The notes under the pieces are model-generated. The model saw only the letters and a program-made list of their open reading frames with translations. It had not been told where the DNA came from and ran no database searches. Positions 25,038 to 34,500 of a DNA stretch of 45,986 nt are shown piece by piece; the stretch's first letter is position 1; every line of letters begins with the position of its first letter. The stretch lies in IMG/VR virus record IMGVR_UViG_3300015050_000968, positions 1 through 45,986 of that record. One strand, given 5' to 3'. The DNA comes from a virus. Taxonomy: Duplodnaviria; Caudoviricetes. The position numbers and the translations under genes are program-made.

Positions 25038-25883
25038 TTACAGGTTGGAAAGGGAATCTTCGTCGTGCACGTCGAGCCCGTCGCCGTGGTGCTTGTGCAG
25101 GATGTCGTCGCCGGGGCTCATGGCCCCATCGTCCTGCTCTTCGACAGTTGCAGGCGCCACGGGTGGCACGATGAAGCGCTCCACATCGGACCACGTCATC
25201 GGGATGCTGTCGCTCATCTGGTAGCGGTTCTTCGCGCGGTAGGCGGGGCGCTCGGTGGTGTGCAGGGCACGCTCACCGCGGCCGATCCCGCGCTTCTTGT
25301 CGCCGGCCGCGTCGACCGTGACGACCTTGTAGTTGGCGAACAGGATCGCATCGGCCCAGTCGCCGACCGCCGCGTCGGCGGCCTTGTGCAGCCGCAGCTG
25401 GTAGCGGTCGTAGGGCTCGGTGTCTGGCGCATCGAACCGCACAACCGTGCTGTGCGCGAGTAGCACGATGGTCATGCCCTTGTCGCGCAGATTGTCGAGG
25501 CGGTGAAGCAGGGTGCGCCATTCGGTCAGCGCGTGCACGTAGCCCTTGCCGTAGCCGAAGGACTCGATGCGGTCCTGCTTGTTGATCTTGCAGACGTGGT
25601 CCCAGATCAGCGGCTCGAGCTTGTCGAGAGAGTCGAGCACGACGGTCTGGAACGGGTGGTCGTCGTTGAGCAGCACGTTCAGCGCGCTGAGCACGTCACT
25701 CCAGCTCTGAGGCTGCGGGAACGCCGGCACCTGGAGCGTGCCGAGACCGTCCTCGACGGGGAGGAAGATCGGGCTCGGCGCGTTCGCCGCGAGCGTGGTT
25801 TTGCCAATTCCTGGCACGCCGTAGATCACGATGCGCGCGGGCTTCTGGCGGGAGTAGTCGATGCTGTTGAGGTCGTAGGACAT
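25038..25883 (-). CDS. Sak4-like AAA_24 ATPase / single-strand annealing protein (281 aa)
   Basis: IVIYGVPGIGKTTLA, TVVLDSLD.LE, GYGKGY, LLAH, YDRY, WAD..LF, AKNR. Confidence 0.88.
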   Translation of the reverse strand: MSYDLNSIDYSRQKPARIVIYGVPGIGKTTLAANAPSPIFLPVEDGLGTLQVPAFPQPQSWSDVLSALNVLLNDDHPFQTVVLDSLDKLEPLIWDHVCKINKQDRIESFGYGKGYVHALTEWRTLLHRLDNLRDKGMTIVLLAHSTVVRFDAPDTEPYDRYQLRLHKAADAAVGDWADAILFANYKVVTVDAAGDKKRGIGRGERALHTTERPAYRAKNRYQMSDSIPMTWSDVERFIVPPVAPATVEEQDDGAMSPGDDILHKHHGDGLDVHDEDSLSNL

Positions 25884-25888
25884 AGGAG

Positions 25889-26146
25889 TTAGTAGCTGGA
25901 GAGCAGGAAGAAGACCAAGGCCCACGCGAGCAGGCCGATGATCATGGAGAGCACGAACGCGAACAGGACCGCCGACCCTTCCGACTGGATCTCCTCGTCG
26001 GTGTCGCCCTGGCCGCCGCGGAACGGAGGCATGGTCTGGGTGCCGAGGCAGAACTCGCAGAAGCGACGTCCATCGGGGTATTGGCAGGAGTAGCTGCACG
26101 GCTGCTTGACGCGGCCCCACGGCTGACCGGTGCGTGGGCAGTTCAT
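25889..26146 (-). CDS. Small Cys-rich protein with C-terminal TM helix (85 aa)
   Basis: C..C...CEFC motifs; hydrophobic C-terminus; ATGA coupling. Confidence 0.55.
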   Translation of the reverse strand: MNCPRTGQPWGRVKQPCSYSCQYPDGRRFCEFCLGTQTMPPFRGGQGDTDEEIQSEGSAVLFAFVLSMIIGLLAWALVFFLLSSY

Positions 26147-26373
26147 GCGTCACCTTCCTGGGCTCTGCAGAGGTTCTCGTGCGTCGAGACCATGCCCTGG
26201 TCGTCGCTGATGAGGATCAGCATGCGGGAGATGCCGCTGCCGGCGACGACGTCGATCGCGCAGGTCGCGGTTCCGCCGCCGGCCCGCAGCAGCCGGTCGA
26301 CGACGGTCATGACTTCAAGACCGATGCGGAGAGCATCGGCTGCTTGCTTCGGGGTCAGGTTTGGTTCGGTCAC
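26143..26373 (-). CDS. Hypothetical protein (76 aa)
   Basis: GTG at 26373 overlaps the upstream stop; (M)TEPNLTPKQAADAL... Confidence 0.55.
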   Translation of the reverse strand: MTEPNLTPKQAADALRIGLEVMTVVDRLLRAGGGTATCAIDVVAGSGISRMLILISDDQGMVSTHENLCRAQEGDA

Positions 26374-26564
26374 TTGGTCACCTTGTAGACGTAGAACTTC
26401 AAGCCAGTCTGATTGCGGCTGCGCAGCGGGGTATCCCGCTGCACCAGCTCCTTGGTTGCGCGCCCGATCTTGACCAGCTGCTCGAGGACCTTGCGGGCGT
26501 GTCGCACGGGGACGCGGTGGGTCTTCGCCCACTCGCTCACGGTGACGTTGTAGGACGTGGTCAC
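26370..26564 (-). CDS. Small basic putative winged-HTH protein (64 aa)
   Basis: TVSEWAKTHRVPVRHARKVLEQLVKIG; AAGGAGG RBS; GTGA coupling. Confidence 0.6.
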   Translation of the reverse strand: MTTSYNVTVSEWAKTHRVPVRHARKVLEQLVKIGRATKELVQRDTPLRSRNQTGLKFYVYKVTK

Positions 26565-26941
26565 TTGGCGGCCTCCTTGAACGGCAGCTGTGGCGTGTGC
26601 AGGTCGACGAACGGCAGCTGCAGCGTGAACGTCGGCCCGTGGTCGATGCTGTGCGCGACGCTGTCGATCGGGTGCCGCGGCTTGCCGTCGCAGCAGTCGA
26701 ACAGGTAGCAGTCGCCGTCGACCCGGTGGTCCTCAATCCACTGGACGAGGTCTTCGTAGTCGGCACCGTCGCTGCGCAGCAGGATCAGATCCTGGTGCAC
26801 GGTCGACTTCGTTCCTTGCGGCAGCTGCGCTACGACCTGCGCCGGCGGCACCGTGCCGCAGGCGATCGCGATGGTCGCGCTGTAGATGCCGTGGAAGTGG
26901 TGCCGCAGCGAGCCGTTGACGGTGAAGGTGTCGGTGTTCAT
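26561..26941 (-). CDS. Hypothetical early protein (126 aa)
   Basis: AGGAG RBS, GC3-rich. Confidence 0.65.
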   Translation of the reverse strand: MNTDTFTVNGSLRHHFHGIYSATIAIACGTVPPAQVVAQLPQGTKSTVHQDLILLRSDGADYEDLVQWIEDHRVDGDCYLFDCCDGKPRHPIDSVAHSIDHGPTFTLQLPFVDLHTPQLPFKEAAK

Positions 26942-26945
26942 GGGA

Positions 26946-27773
26946 TCAATCTCCTGCCCGGCGGCTGCCGGTGTAGCGGCCCTTCGACTGCTCGAAGGTC
27001 GTGTTGGCCGAGTGGCGCGCCGGGCTCACCGCGAGCTCGTCGATCAGCGGGTCGTCGTTGCGCGGGTGCCACGCGGCTTGGTGCTCGGCGTCGGCCGCCT
27101 TGCGCTTCTCGGCGATCGCGGCGAACGTCGCCTTGAGGTTGGTCTCGATCGCCGCGGCCTGCGCCTCGACGGCTGCGGCGTGCGCCTCATCGGCCACCGT
27201 GGTGTCGCCCCACGGCAGACCATACTTGCTGGCGCAGTCGGGGCCGTAGCCGACCGAGCGGCTTTCCTTGGTCGACAGCGGGCGGCAGCAGAAGCAGCAC
27301 GAGCCGGTGGCGACACCGTGCTGAGCGGCGACCACGGCCGGGTTGGCGGCGAGCTGGCGCAGGGCGGTCTCGACCTCGGGGGTCCAGCTGCGCGACTCTT
27401 CGACGGTCCCGTTGCTGTAGATGCGGCCGTAGAACGTGCCGCTCTCGAAGGACCCGCCGTCGGTGACAGTCACGGTGCCCGGCTTGGTCGACCGTTCGCC
27501 GACCAGCTTGAGCACCAGCTTGCTGCCGTCGGCCAGCTGCAGCGTGATCTTCGGGGCGCGCTTCTGGGCGGCCTGAGCCTTCACCAGCAGCTCGACAACC
27601 GGCAGCAGCTGGATCGCTGCGATGCTGGCGCGCTCGACGGCCAGCTCGACGAGCCGGGCGGCGCTTTCGGGGGTGAGGCGGCGGCAGCGCGCGTCCTGCA
27701 GCAGGTCGAGGACCTCGTAGGTCGGGACGTGGACGGCGGCGAGGATCTTGTAGGCTTCGGCGAGGGTCGTCAT
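26946..27773 (-). CDS. DUF6011-like zinc-finger protein, first early gene (275 aa)
   Basis: HGVATGSCCFCCRPLST.ES..VGYGPDCA; ATG at 27773 after an A-rich leader. Confidence 0.75.
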   Translation of the reverse strand: MTTLAEAYKILAAVHVPTYEVLDLLQDARCRRLTPESAARLVELAVERASIAAIQLLPVVELLVKAQAAQKRAPKITLQLADGSKLVLKLVGERSTKPGTVTVTDGGSFESGTFYGRIYSNGTVEESRSWTPEVETALRQLAANPAVVAAQHGVATGSCCFCCRPLSTKESRSVGYGPDCASKYGLPWGDTTVADEAHAAAVEAQAAAIETNLKATFAAIAEKRKAADAEHQAAWHPRNDDPLIDELAVSPARHSANTTFEQSKGRYTGSRRAGD

Positions 27774-27794
27774 GGTTCGTTCGTTTGTTCGTTT

Positions 27795-27820
27795 GTCCCC
27801 GAGGGGGAATCCCTCGGGAC
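27795..27820 (-). promoter_or_regulatory. 5'-leader hairpin of the early transcript
   Basis: GTCCC(C)GAGGG-GGAAT-CCCTCGGGAC inverted repeat. Confidence 0.55.
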
Positions 27821-27825
27821 GTGAG

Positions 27826-27854
27826 ATCAGAGCGAGTGTGCCACTTGGTGTCAA
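27826..27854 (-). promoter_or_regulatory. Sigma70-type early promoter (TTGACA-17 bp-TCTGAT)
   Basis: Perfect -35 at 27849-27854, 17-bp spacer, 4/6 match -10 at 27826-27831. Confidence 0.55.
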
Positions 27855-27899
27855 TACCATCGTCTCAGATTTTTTCCAACTGGAGCAAATCGGCACGTC

Positions 27900-27908
27900 T
27901 GCTACACT
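27900..27908 (+). promoter_or_regulatory. Extended -10 promoter (TGcTACACT) for the HTH gene, probably leaderless
   Basis: TGnTACACT ends 8 nt before ATG 27917; no SD. Confidence 0.5.
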
Positions 27909-27916
27909 TCCGCCCC

Positions 27917-28129
27917 ATGAAAGCCAAGGCACCGACGTTTCAGGAACTGCTCGAGCAGCGCGGAATTGGGCCGAGCGAGCTCGCGAAGAGCACCGGCATC
28001 GGCCGGTCCTCGATCTACCGCTGGTCGAAGGGCCGCGCGCAGCCGCGCATCGCCCAGGCCAGGAAGTTGTCCGACCGTCTGCTGGTCACCGTGAAGGACC
28101 TGCGCGAGGCTATCAGCAGGTCCGCGTGA
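27917..28129 (+). CDS. Cro/CI-type HTH transcriptional regulator (70 aa)
   Basis: FQELLEQRGIGPSELAKSTGIGRSSIYRWSKG..QP; only plus-strand gene, divergent from the early operon. Confidence 0.85.
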   Translation: MKAKAPTFQELLEQRGIGPSELAKSTGIGRSSIYRWSKGRAQPRIAQARKLSDRLLVTVKDLREAISRSA

Positions 28130-28529
28130 TCCAACCACGCAGCATTCGCTGCGCCGCCGACCGGCACGTCTGGCACAGCATGATCTGCTCGGGTCCGAAC
28201 GGGTGCAGCTGGCCCTGGTCCCAGCATCGCTCGCAGGATGCCCCGCTGGGCCGCTGCCGCAGCTTCACGTTCGACGGCCTGTCGCGGCGCACCTCGGGCG
28301 GGTAGGCCCGCACAGGGCAGGCCAGAGCGTCCTCGACCGTGGCGCCGGCCGCGAGCCTGGACTGCAGCGTGCGCCGGTCGATGCCGTGGTGTGCCGCTAG
28401 GTCGGTGACGGTCCACTCGCGACCTTCCCACTTCACCGTGCGCGGTGGTGGGAAACACCGTCGGCCGCTCGGGGCGACCAACCCAGAGCCGTGCGAGGAG
28501 ACTGACTCGAGCCGACGGTGTGTGCCCAT
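28113..28529 (-). CDS. Putative DNA-binding protein, HNH-associated HTH-like region plus CxxC..CxxC finger (138 aa)
   Basis: WEGREWTVTDLAAHHGI...TL..RL..G.TVEDAL..PV; CERC...CQTC. Confidence 0.6.
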   Translation of the reverse strand: MGTHRRLESVSSHGSGLVAPSGRRCFPPPRTVKWEGREWTVTDLAAHHGIDRRTLQSRLAAGATVEDALACPVRAYPPEVRRDRPSNVKLRQRPSGASCERCWDQGQLHPFGPEQIMLCQTCRSAAQRMLRGWITRTC

Positions 28530-28530
28530 G

Positions 28531-31500
28531 CTACTTGGAAGCCTCACTTGCCTTGCCGGTAATCATCCCGCGCAGCAGATCGATCGGACCAGTGGGCTTG
28601 ACCTTACCGGTTGCCACGTCGGTCAGGTAGCTCGCAGGCCGGATCGCCGGCGTGATCACGCCGCCACCTGGGACCATCAGCACGATCGCTGTCAGCGCGT
28701 CGCGCACCTTCTTGCCGCTCATCTCGCGGTCGTCTCGAGCTGCTGCTGCGATCGCACTAAGCAGGCCGTTGACCGACCGCGCAAGCGTGACCATCGCCGG
28801 CGATGCCGCGACCTTGTCGCCCATCGGCCGGTCGCTGAAGATGGTCTGCACCATGCCGAGCGTCGTCGGGCCCCACACCGGAACGAACGCCGCGGCGCCC
28901 GACAGCTGCGAGCCGAGCAGCAAGTCGTAGGTCGTGTCCCAGTGGCCGTCGTCGTCCTCGTCGTCCCACTGGCCCCACAGCGTCATCGCGATCGCCTGCG
29001 AGATGATCATCGGGATCGTGAACATCACGATCGTGGTGCGCAGCCGCTGCCCTTCAGCGTGCATGATCGAGTTGAGCACGCCGTTGAAGTAGGACGTGAA
29101 CTGCGTCCACGACCGGTAGAACGGCGTGCCGACGTCGTAGCCGGCAACGTCCTCGGGGTTGAACGAGCCTTGCGCCAGACGCACGATCGAGTCAGCCTCG
29201 ACCACCGCGGCGTCGGCGTCCATACCCTGCTCGAGCGCCTGCTGCCGGGCTCCGAGCCACGTCACGATGTCGACCTGATTCTGCGCGGCGGACTGGAAGA
29301 AGTATGCCTTGCGGCCGACCCACTCCTGGAGCTTCGCGGTCTTCGAAGTGTCGAGCAGCAGCTCGCGCAGATCCTGCGTCAGACCGAGCATCTGGTTGTC
29401 CATGCGGTCCGTCATGAACTTCGACGCGCGCACGATCTCATCGACCGCGGCCGAACGCTGCGACATGTAGGTCGCGAGACCGTTGCGCAGGTGCCGAGCT
29501 GGCACGTAGCGCAGCGATGCCGAGATGCCGGTCAGCTGCTGCAGAGCGTTGACCGGGTTCGCGAACATGATCGCGACGCCAGTGTTGCGCCTGACGAGCT
29601 TCCAGAAGTGATCGATCGCCGGGTCCATGCCCTTCGTGTAGAGGCTCTGGCGCAGCGCCCGATGCAGGAACGGGATCATCAGCGAGCGGATCACCTCGGG
29701 GTCGTAGCGGTTCATCGCGCCAGCGAACTTCTCGTTGCCGAGGATCTTCAAGACGTCGTTGACCGCGGGCTGCACGTGCGCGAAGCGGATCGCCTGATCG
29801 ATGTGCGCGCCGATCTGGTTGATGTCCATCGCGAGCGGACGCTTGCGGTAGGCAGCGGCGCGCTCTTTCAGGAATCCCTCCGGCGCCTTCGGCAGACCCT
29901 CGTGGAAGTCCTGTGACAGCTGCTCGACGCTCTGGTTCAGCTCGTTCGGCGGCAGCAGCTCGGAGTCGCGCGTCGCCGGCACGTAGCCGCCGGCATACTC
30001 CTTCGTCGTGCCATCGGCGAACGTCACCGAGAACGACTCGGCCGCAACCTCGCGGAACAGCCGGCCATGGATCTCGCGGTGCGCGTCCTGCAGCAGCGGC
30101 TTCATCCGCTCCATCAGGTTCCAGACCTTCTGCGCGAAGTCGAAGTGCGCCTGCACCAGCTTGCCGTCCTTGATCATGCGATCGCGGAAGTCGTTCCACT
30201 TGGTGTAGTCGATCTCGCCATCGGCATCGATCGAGGCCCACGGGTTCAGCGGCCCGCGGCCGGCGACGAAGAACTTGCTCTTGTTGCCGGGGTTGCCGAG
30301 GTGCAGCAGCATGCCCACGATCTCGGCCATGCCGTTGCCCTTGGTGCCGGAGCCGAACTTGTAGCCAAACTCGGGGGCGTTGATCTCGCCGTCCTTGAGC
30401 AGGCCGTCTTTGCGCAGCTGCGCCACCAGCTCGACGAGCTCGCGCGTGTAGACCGCGGCGTCTGCTCGAGACGCGTCCACTGCTTGGCGCACGCCGTTGA
30501 ACAGGAGCTTCAGGAAGTTGCCCTGCTTGTCGCCGTCCATCGCGCGCATGAAGTGCTCGACGCGGATCAGGTTGGCCTTGCTGCCGAGCAGGCGACCCTT
30601 GAACTTCTGCCACGCGCTCTTCGCCTGCGTCTCGCCCGGCAGCGCCTTAGTCAGGTCGGCCTTCTTGTTGAGCTCCGCGACCAGCGTGTTGACCGCAGCC
30701 TCGACGCGCACGCGCACGCCGTTGGCGTCGACCTCGTGCTGCCGCTTCGCTCGCCACACCAGCGCATCGACGGCGTCGGCCAGCGCGCGGAACTCGGTCA
30801 GCGTCATGTCCTGGAAGTCACGCAGACCGCCGGCTCGCATGCCCAGCTTCGCGCCTTCGCCGACCGCCTTCTCGAGCTGCGGCCGCAGCAGCGCGAACAG
30901 CTCGGGATCATGCTGCTGCACCAGCGCCATGTAGTCGGCCGTGCGCTCCGATGCGCGCAGCGAGATCAGCCCATACTGGGCCAGCAGCATCCTCGCCGCC
31001 TGCAGCAAGCCGGCGTCGCCCATCTTGGCGAGGCGCTCGTCGGATCGGTTCAACTGGCTGAACCTGCCAACGGCCTTGCGAACCTCTTCGCGGACCAGCA
31101 CGGCTTCGCTCGCCAGCTGGTTGTTGAGCATCTGCCGACGCTTCGCCTCGAGCGCCGCCTTCGCGTCGCCCGTCTTCCGGCCCTCGGTCTTGACGCCGGT
31201 CTTCGCGTTGGTGGTTGCCGGCTTCGGCTTCATCGCAGCCGCGGTCTCGCGCGCGGCGCGGGCCTCGGCCTGGGCGAACTTCGACGGGCTGATCTCGTGC
31301 AGCTTGCGCTGCAGCAGGATGCGCTGCGCGCTGTCGCGGGCGGCCGAGAGCATCACCCGGTATGGCAGCTCGCTCTTCTCGAGGAAGCCGAGCTCGACCG
31401 CGACGAACCGAGCGCGAGCCTCGTTGTGCAGAGCCTCCTCGACAGCAGCGTCGATCTGCTCCTTCGAGCCGAGCTCGCCGAACTGCGTCACCGCTCGAGC

Positions 31501-34500
31501 CGACGTGCGCAGCTGCACCTCTTCCTCGATCGGCTTCGCCGCGATCATCTGCTCGACCAGCTCCTGGCCAGTGAGCCCGGCTTGCTCGGCCGCAAGGTCG
31601 AGCGGCATGCCGGTCTTGCTCATCACGCCGCGGCGTCCGGTGCCCAGCTTGGCCATGGCGGCCTTCTGCTCTTCGGCCGGCAGGTGCGCCAGCAAGGCGA
31701 CGACCGCGTCCTGGCTGAGTTTGCCGGCGGCGTTGGACGTGCGCAGGATGTCCTGCACGACGTAGACCATCTCGCCTTCGACCTCGGCGCGCACGACCTT
31801 CTCGACCTTGGCTCGCTGCGCCGCGGCTTCCTTCTGCATCTGCTTGGCCACCCGGCTGCGGGCCCCGGTCAGCCACTTCATCTGCTTCAGGCTGGCCTTG
31901 GTCAGGTCGGTGATCGCGAGCTCGTGCGCTTCGGCCAGAACCTCCTGATACTCATCCCACTGGTCCTGCGTGTAGCCGGCAGCGAGGAAGTCAGCGACCG
32001 TGGTGAACAGCGGAGCCATCGACCTCGAGGCTTCGGCGACGTTGACCGCTTCGGTCGACGCGACGAGCCGGTCGAAGACCATGCGGACCTCTGGCGTGAG
32101 GCCCGGCAGGTCGCGGCCGAACTCGCGCCGGTAGATCGCGTTGAGCTCGGTGCGGATCGACGTGTAGGCGGCGACCATCCAAGCGCGGATCTTGGCGAAG
32201 ACCTTCGCGAGCGCGGCCGTCGGCGCCTTGCCCGTGAACAGGTAGTCCTCGAAGTTGTAGGTGACCTGCTCGTGGAACGGCGCCTGCGCCTTGAACGACA
32301 TTCCGTTCCAGGTGGCGAGGCGCTCCTCGGGCGTGGCGCCGTCGAGCTTGAACCACGACAGCAACGTGTCGACGTCGGCCCGCATCTGCGGCGTCGCCAG
32401 ACCCTCGTTGGTCAGGTCGAGCAGCATGATGAAGAAGTGGTGCCCCATCTCATGCATCACGGTGGTGGGGTTCGCGTCGGGACTCAGCAGCGCCGTGCGA
32501 ATGTCGGGCAGGTAGCGGCCGAGCCGGGCCGGCGAGTTCAGCTGGGCAGCTTGTCGAACACCGACATCATCAGCCGCTGCGGCTCGTTCCCCGGCTGGTC
32601 GCTCGGCGCCAGCTGCCCGCTCTGCTGCCGCTCGCTCCGCTTCTCCGCGTCGGACAGCTGCGCTCGCAACCCCTGCAGATACGGGCTCTCCTCGCCAACC
32701 GTCTTGGCTTCCAGCATCGCGATCACTCGCTTCAGTTCGTCGATTTGCGAGACCATGGATCTGTTCCTCGTATTGGTGCCGAAAGGCCCACTTTGTGTCA
32801 TACCAGAACGCCTTCGCCAGCGATACCCCCGGCACGGACTTCGAGATCGCGTCTGCCTGGGCATGCATCTCGTCGCCACGCTGCTGGACCTTGGCAGCGA
32901 TCTCTTCCTCGGTGAGCCCGGCCCAGCCGCCGCCCCACCGCTCTTCCATCTCGGGCGAGAATTGGAACCTGACGCCGACCACCGATGGCATGGCGCCGCC
33001 GGTCGACGACGGGTTGCGGCGAGCGTCGGTGATCACGGTGTAACCCTGCACGCCGGCCGCCTTCAGGGCGTCGAGCATCGGCTGCACCTGCTCCATCGTG
33101 CCGCCCGCGCGGAAGTAGACTTCGACGCCTGGGCGGTGCACCCTGTAGTCGATCTGCTCGTCATGGCGCAGCACGCGCGACATGGCCACCGCGTCCTGAT
33201 CGGCGCGGAGCGCCTCGGTCAGCAGCTGCTGCCAGAGGGGCGCCGGGTCGTAGCCCTCCCTGGTGATCACCTCGAGGTCGATCGCTCGCTCTGGGTCACC
33301 GTAGAGCCCCTGCGTGGACGTCACCTTGCTCGCGACGACGCGCTTGTCGGGATCCTCCAGGATCGCCGTGTGCAGGCGCTCCTGCAGCCGCGCCTGATCG
33401 GCGTCAGTTGGGACGAAGTCGACGCCCTGGGTGAAGGCCGACTGCTGCTGCGACACCATCCCGATGAATCGGTCGACGGTGCGCTCGAGCTTCTTGAGCT
33501 CGGCGGTAGCGGTCTTCTTCTCGGCAGCCGTCGACTTCGACGAGTCGATGATGCGGCGCAGCTCCTTCACGGCATCGACGCTGGTCTGGCCAGTGAGGTC
33601 GGCTTCGAGCTCGAACGATCCGCCCTCGCCGGCGGCCGACGTCCACGAGTGCTGGGTCCACACCTCCTTCTCGAGGAACCAGACGATCGCCTGCAGGTCG
33701 TCGTCGTTGATCTGCGCGAGCAGCTTGTTCGACGCGAGATCAGGGTCGGCCTTGATCAGCCGCACCGCTTCCGAGAAGACGTCCTGGCCGAACCGGAAGT
33801 CGCCGGTGGTCTCGCCGCTCGGCAACATCGAGCCGCCGACGCCAGACTCAGCGAGCACGGGCACGCGCTCATCGCCGGCGATGCGCTGCAGCAGACGCGC
33901 AGCCCAGACGTCGATCGTGGCACGCTGGCGGAACCCGATCAGGTTGCCGCTGAAGTTTAGCGCCTTCGGCGCCGTGGCCCCGCGCTTGATGTCGGGGTTC
34001 TCCTTCTTCACGACGCGCCACAGGTCCAGCAGCGCGCGAACGCCGTTGCGGCCGTTGAAGCCATACTTGGCCCCGACCTTCTGCTTGCCGACAGGCTCCT
34101 TGATGGGGATCAGATCGTCGGGCAGCTCGCGCGCGGCCTTGAGCTCGGCGAGCTTCGCCTTCCCGTCGGGCGAGGATGCGATCGACTTCTTCGTGCGACC
34201 GGCCGCGACCTGCTCGTTGAACCACGCCTCGGCCGCGAGCTCGAGGTCCTGGACCTTCTGCGCCCAGGATTCCCACTGGGGGATCATCTCGTCGAAGTCG
34301 CCCTTCGTCGCGCGACGCAGCACGTCGACCGCGTAGGCCCAGTTCTCGCGCACCGGCGTGTTCGGCGACATCGCGCCGAGCAGGTCGGCGAACAGATCGC
34401 CGAGCCCGCCGAACTCGTGGCGCAGGCGGGTCCGCATCTCGCGATACCAGCCAGCCTGACGCAGGATCTTCGAGGCCTCGACGTCGCCACCGGCCGCACG

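Noticed and set aside
30067-33960. Long plus-strand ORFs (also 68-958, 3108-4628, 9062-11047, 11857-13734, 15847-17652, 40739-42319)
   Set aside because: Antisense shadows of GC3-rich minus-strand genes, with Arg/Gly/Val-biased composition and no motifs
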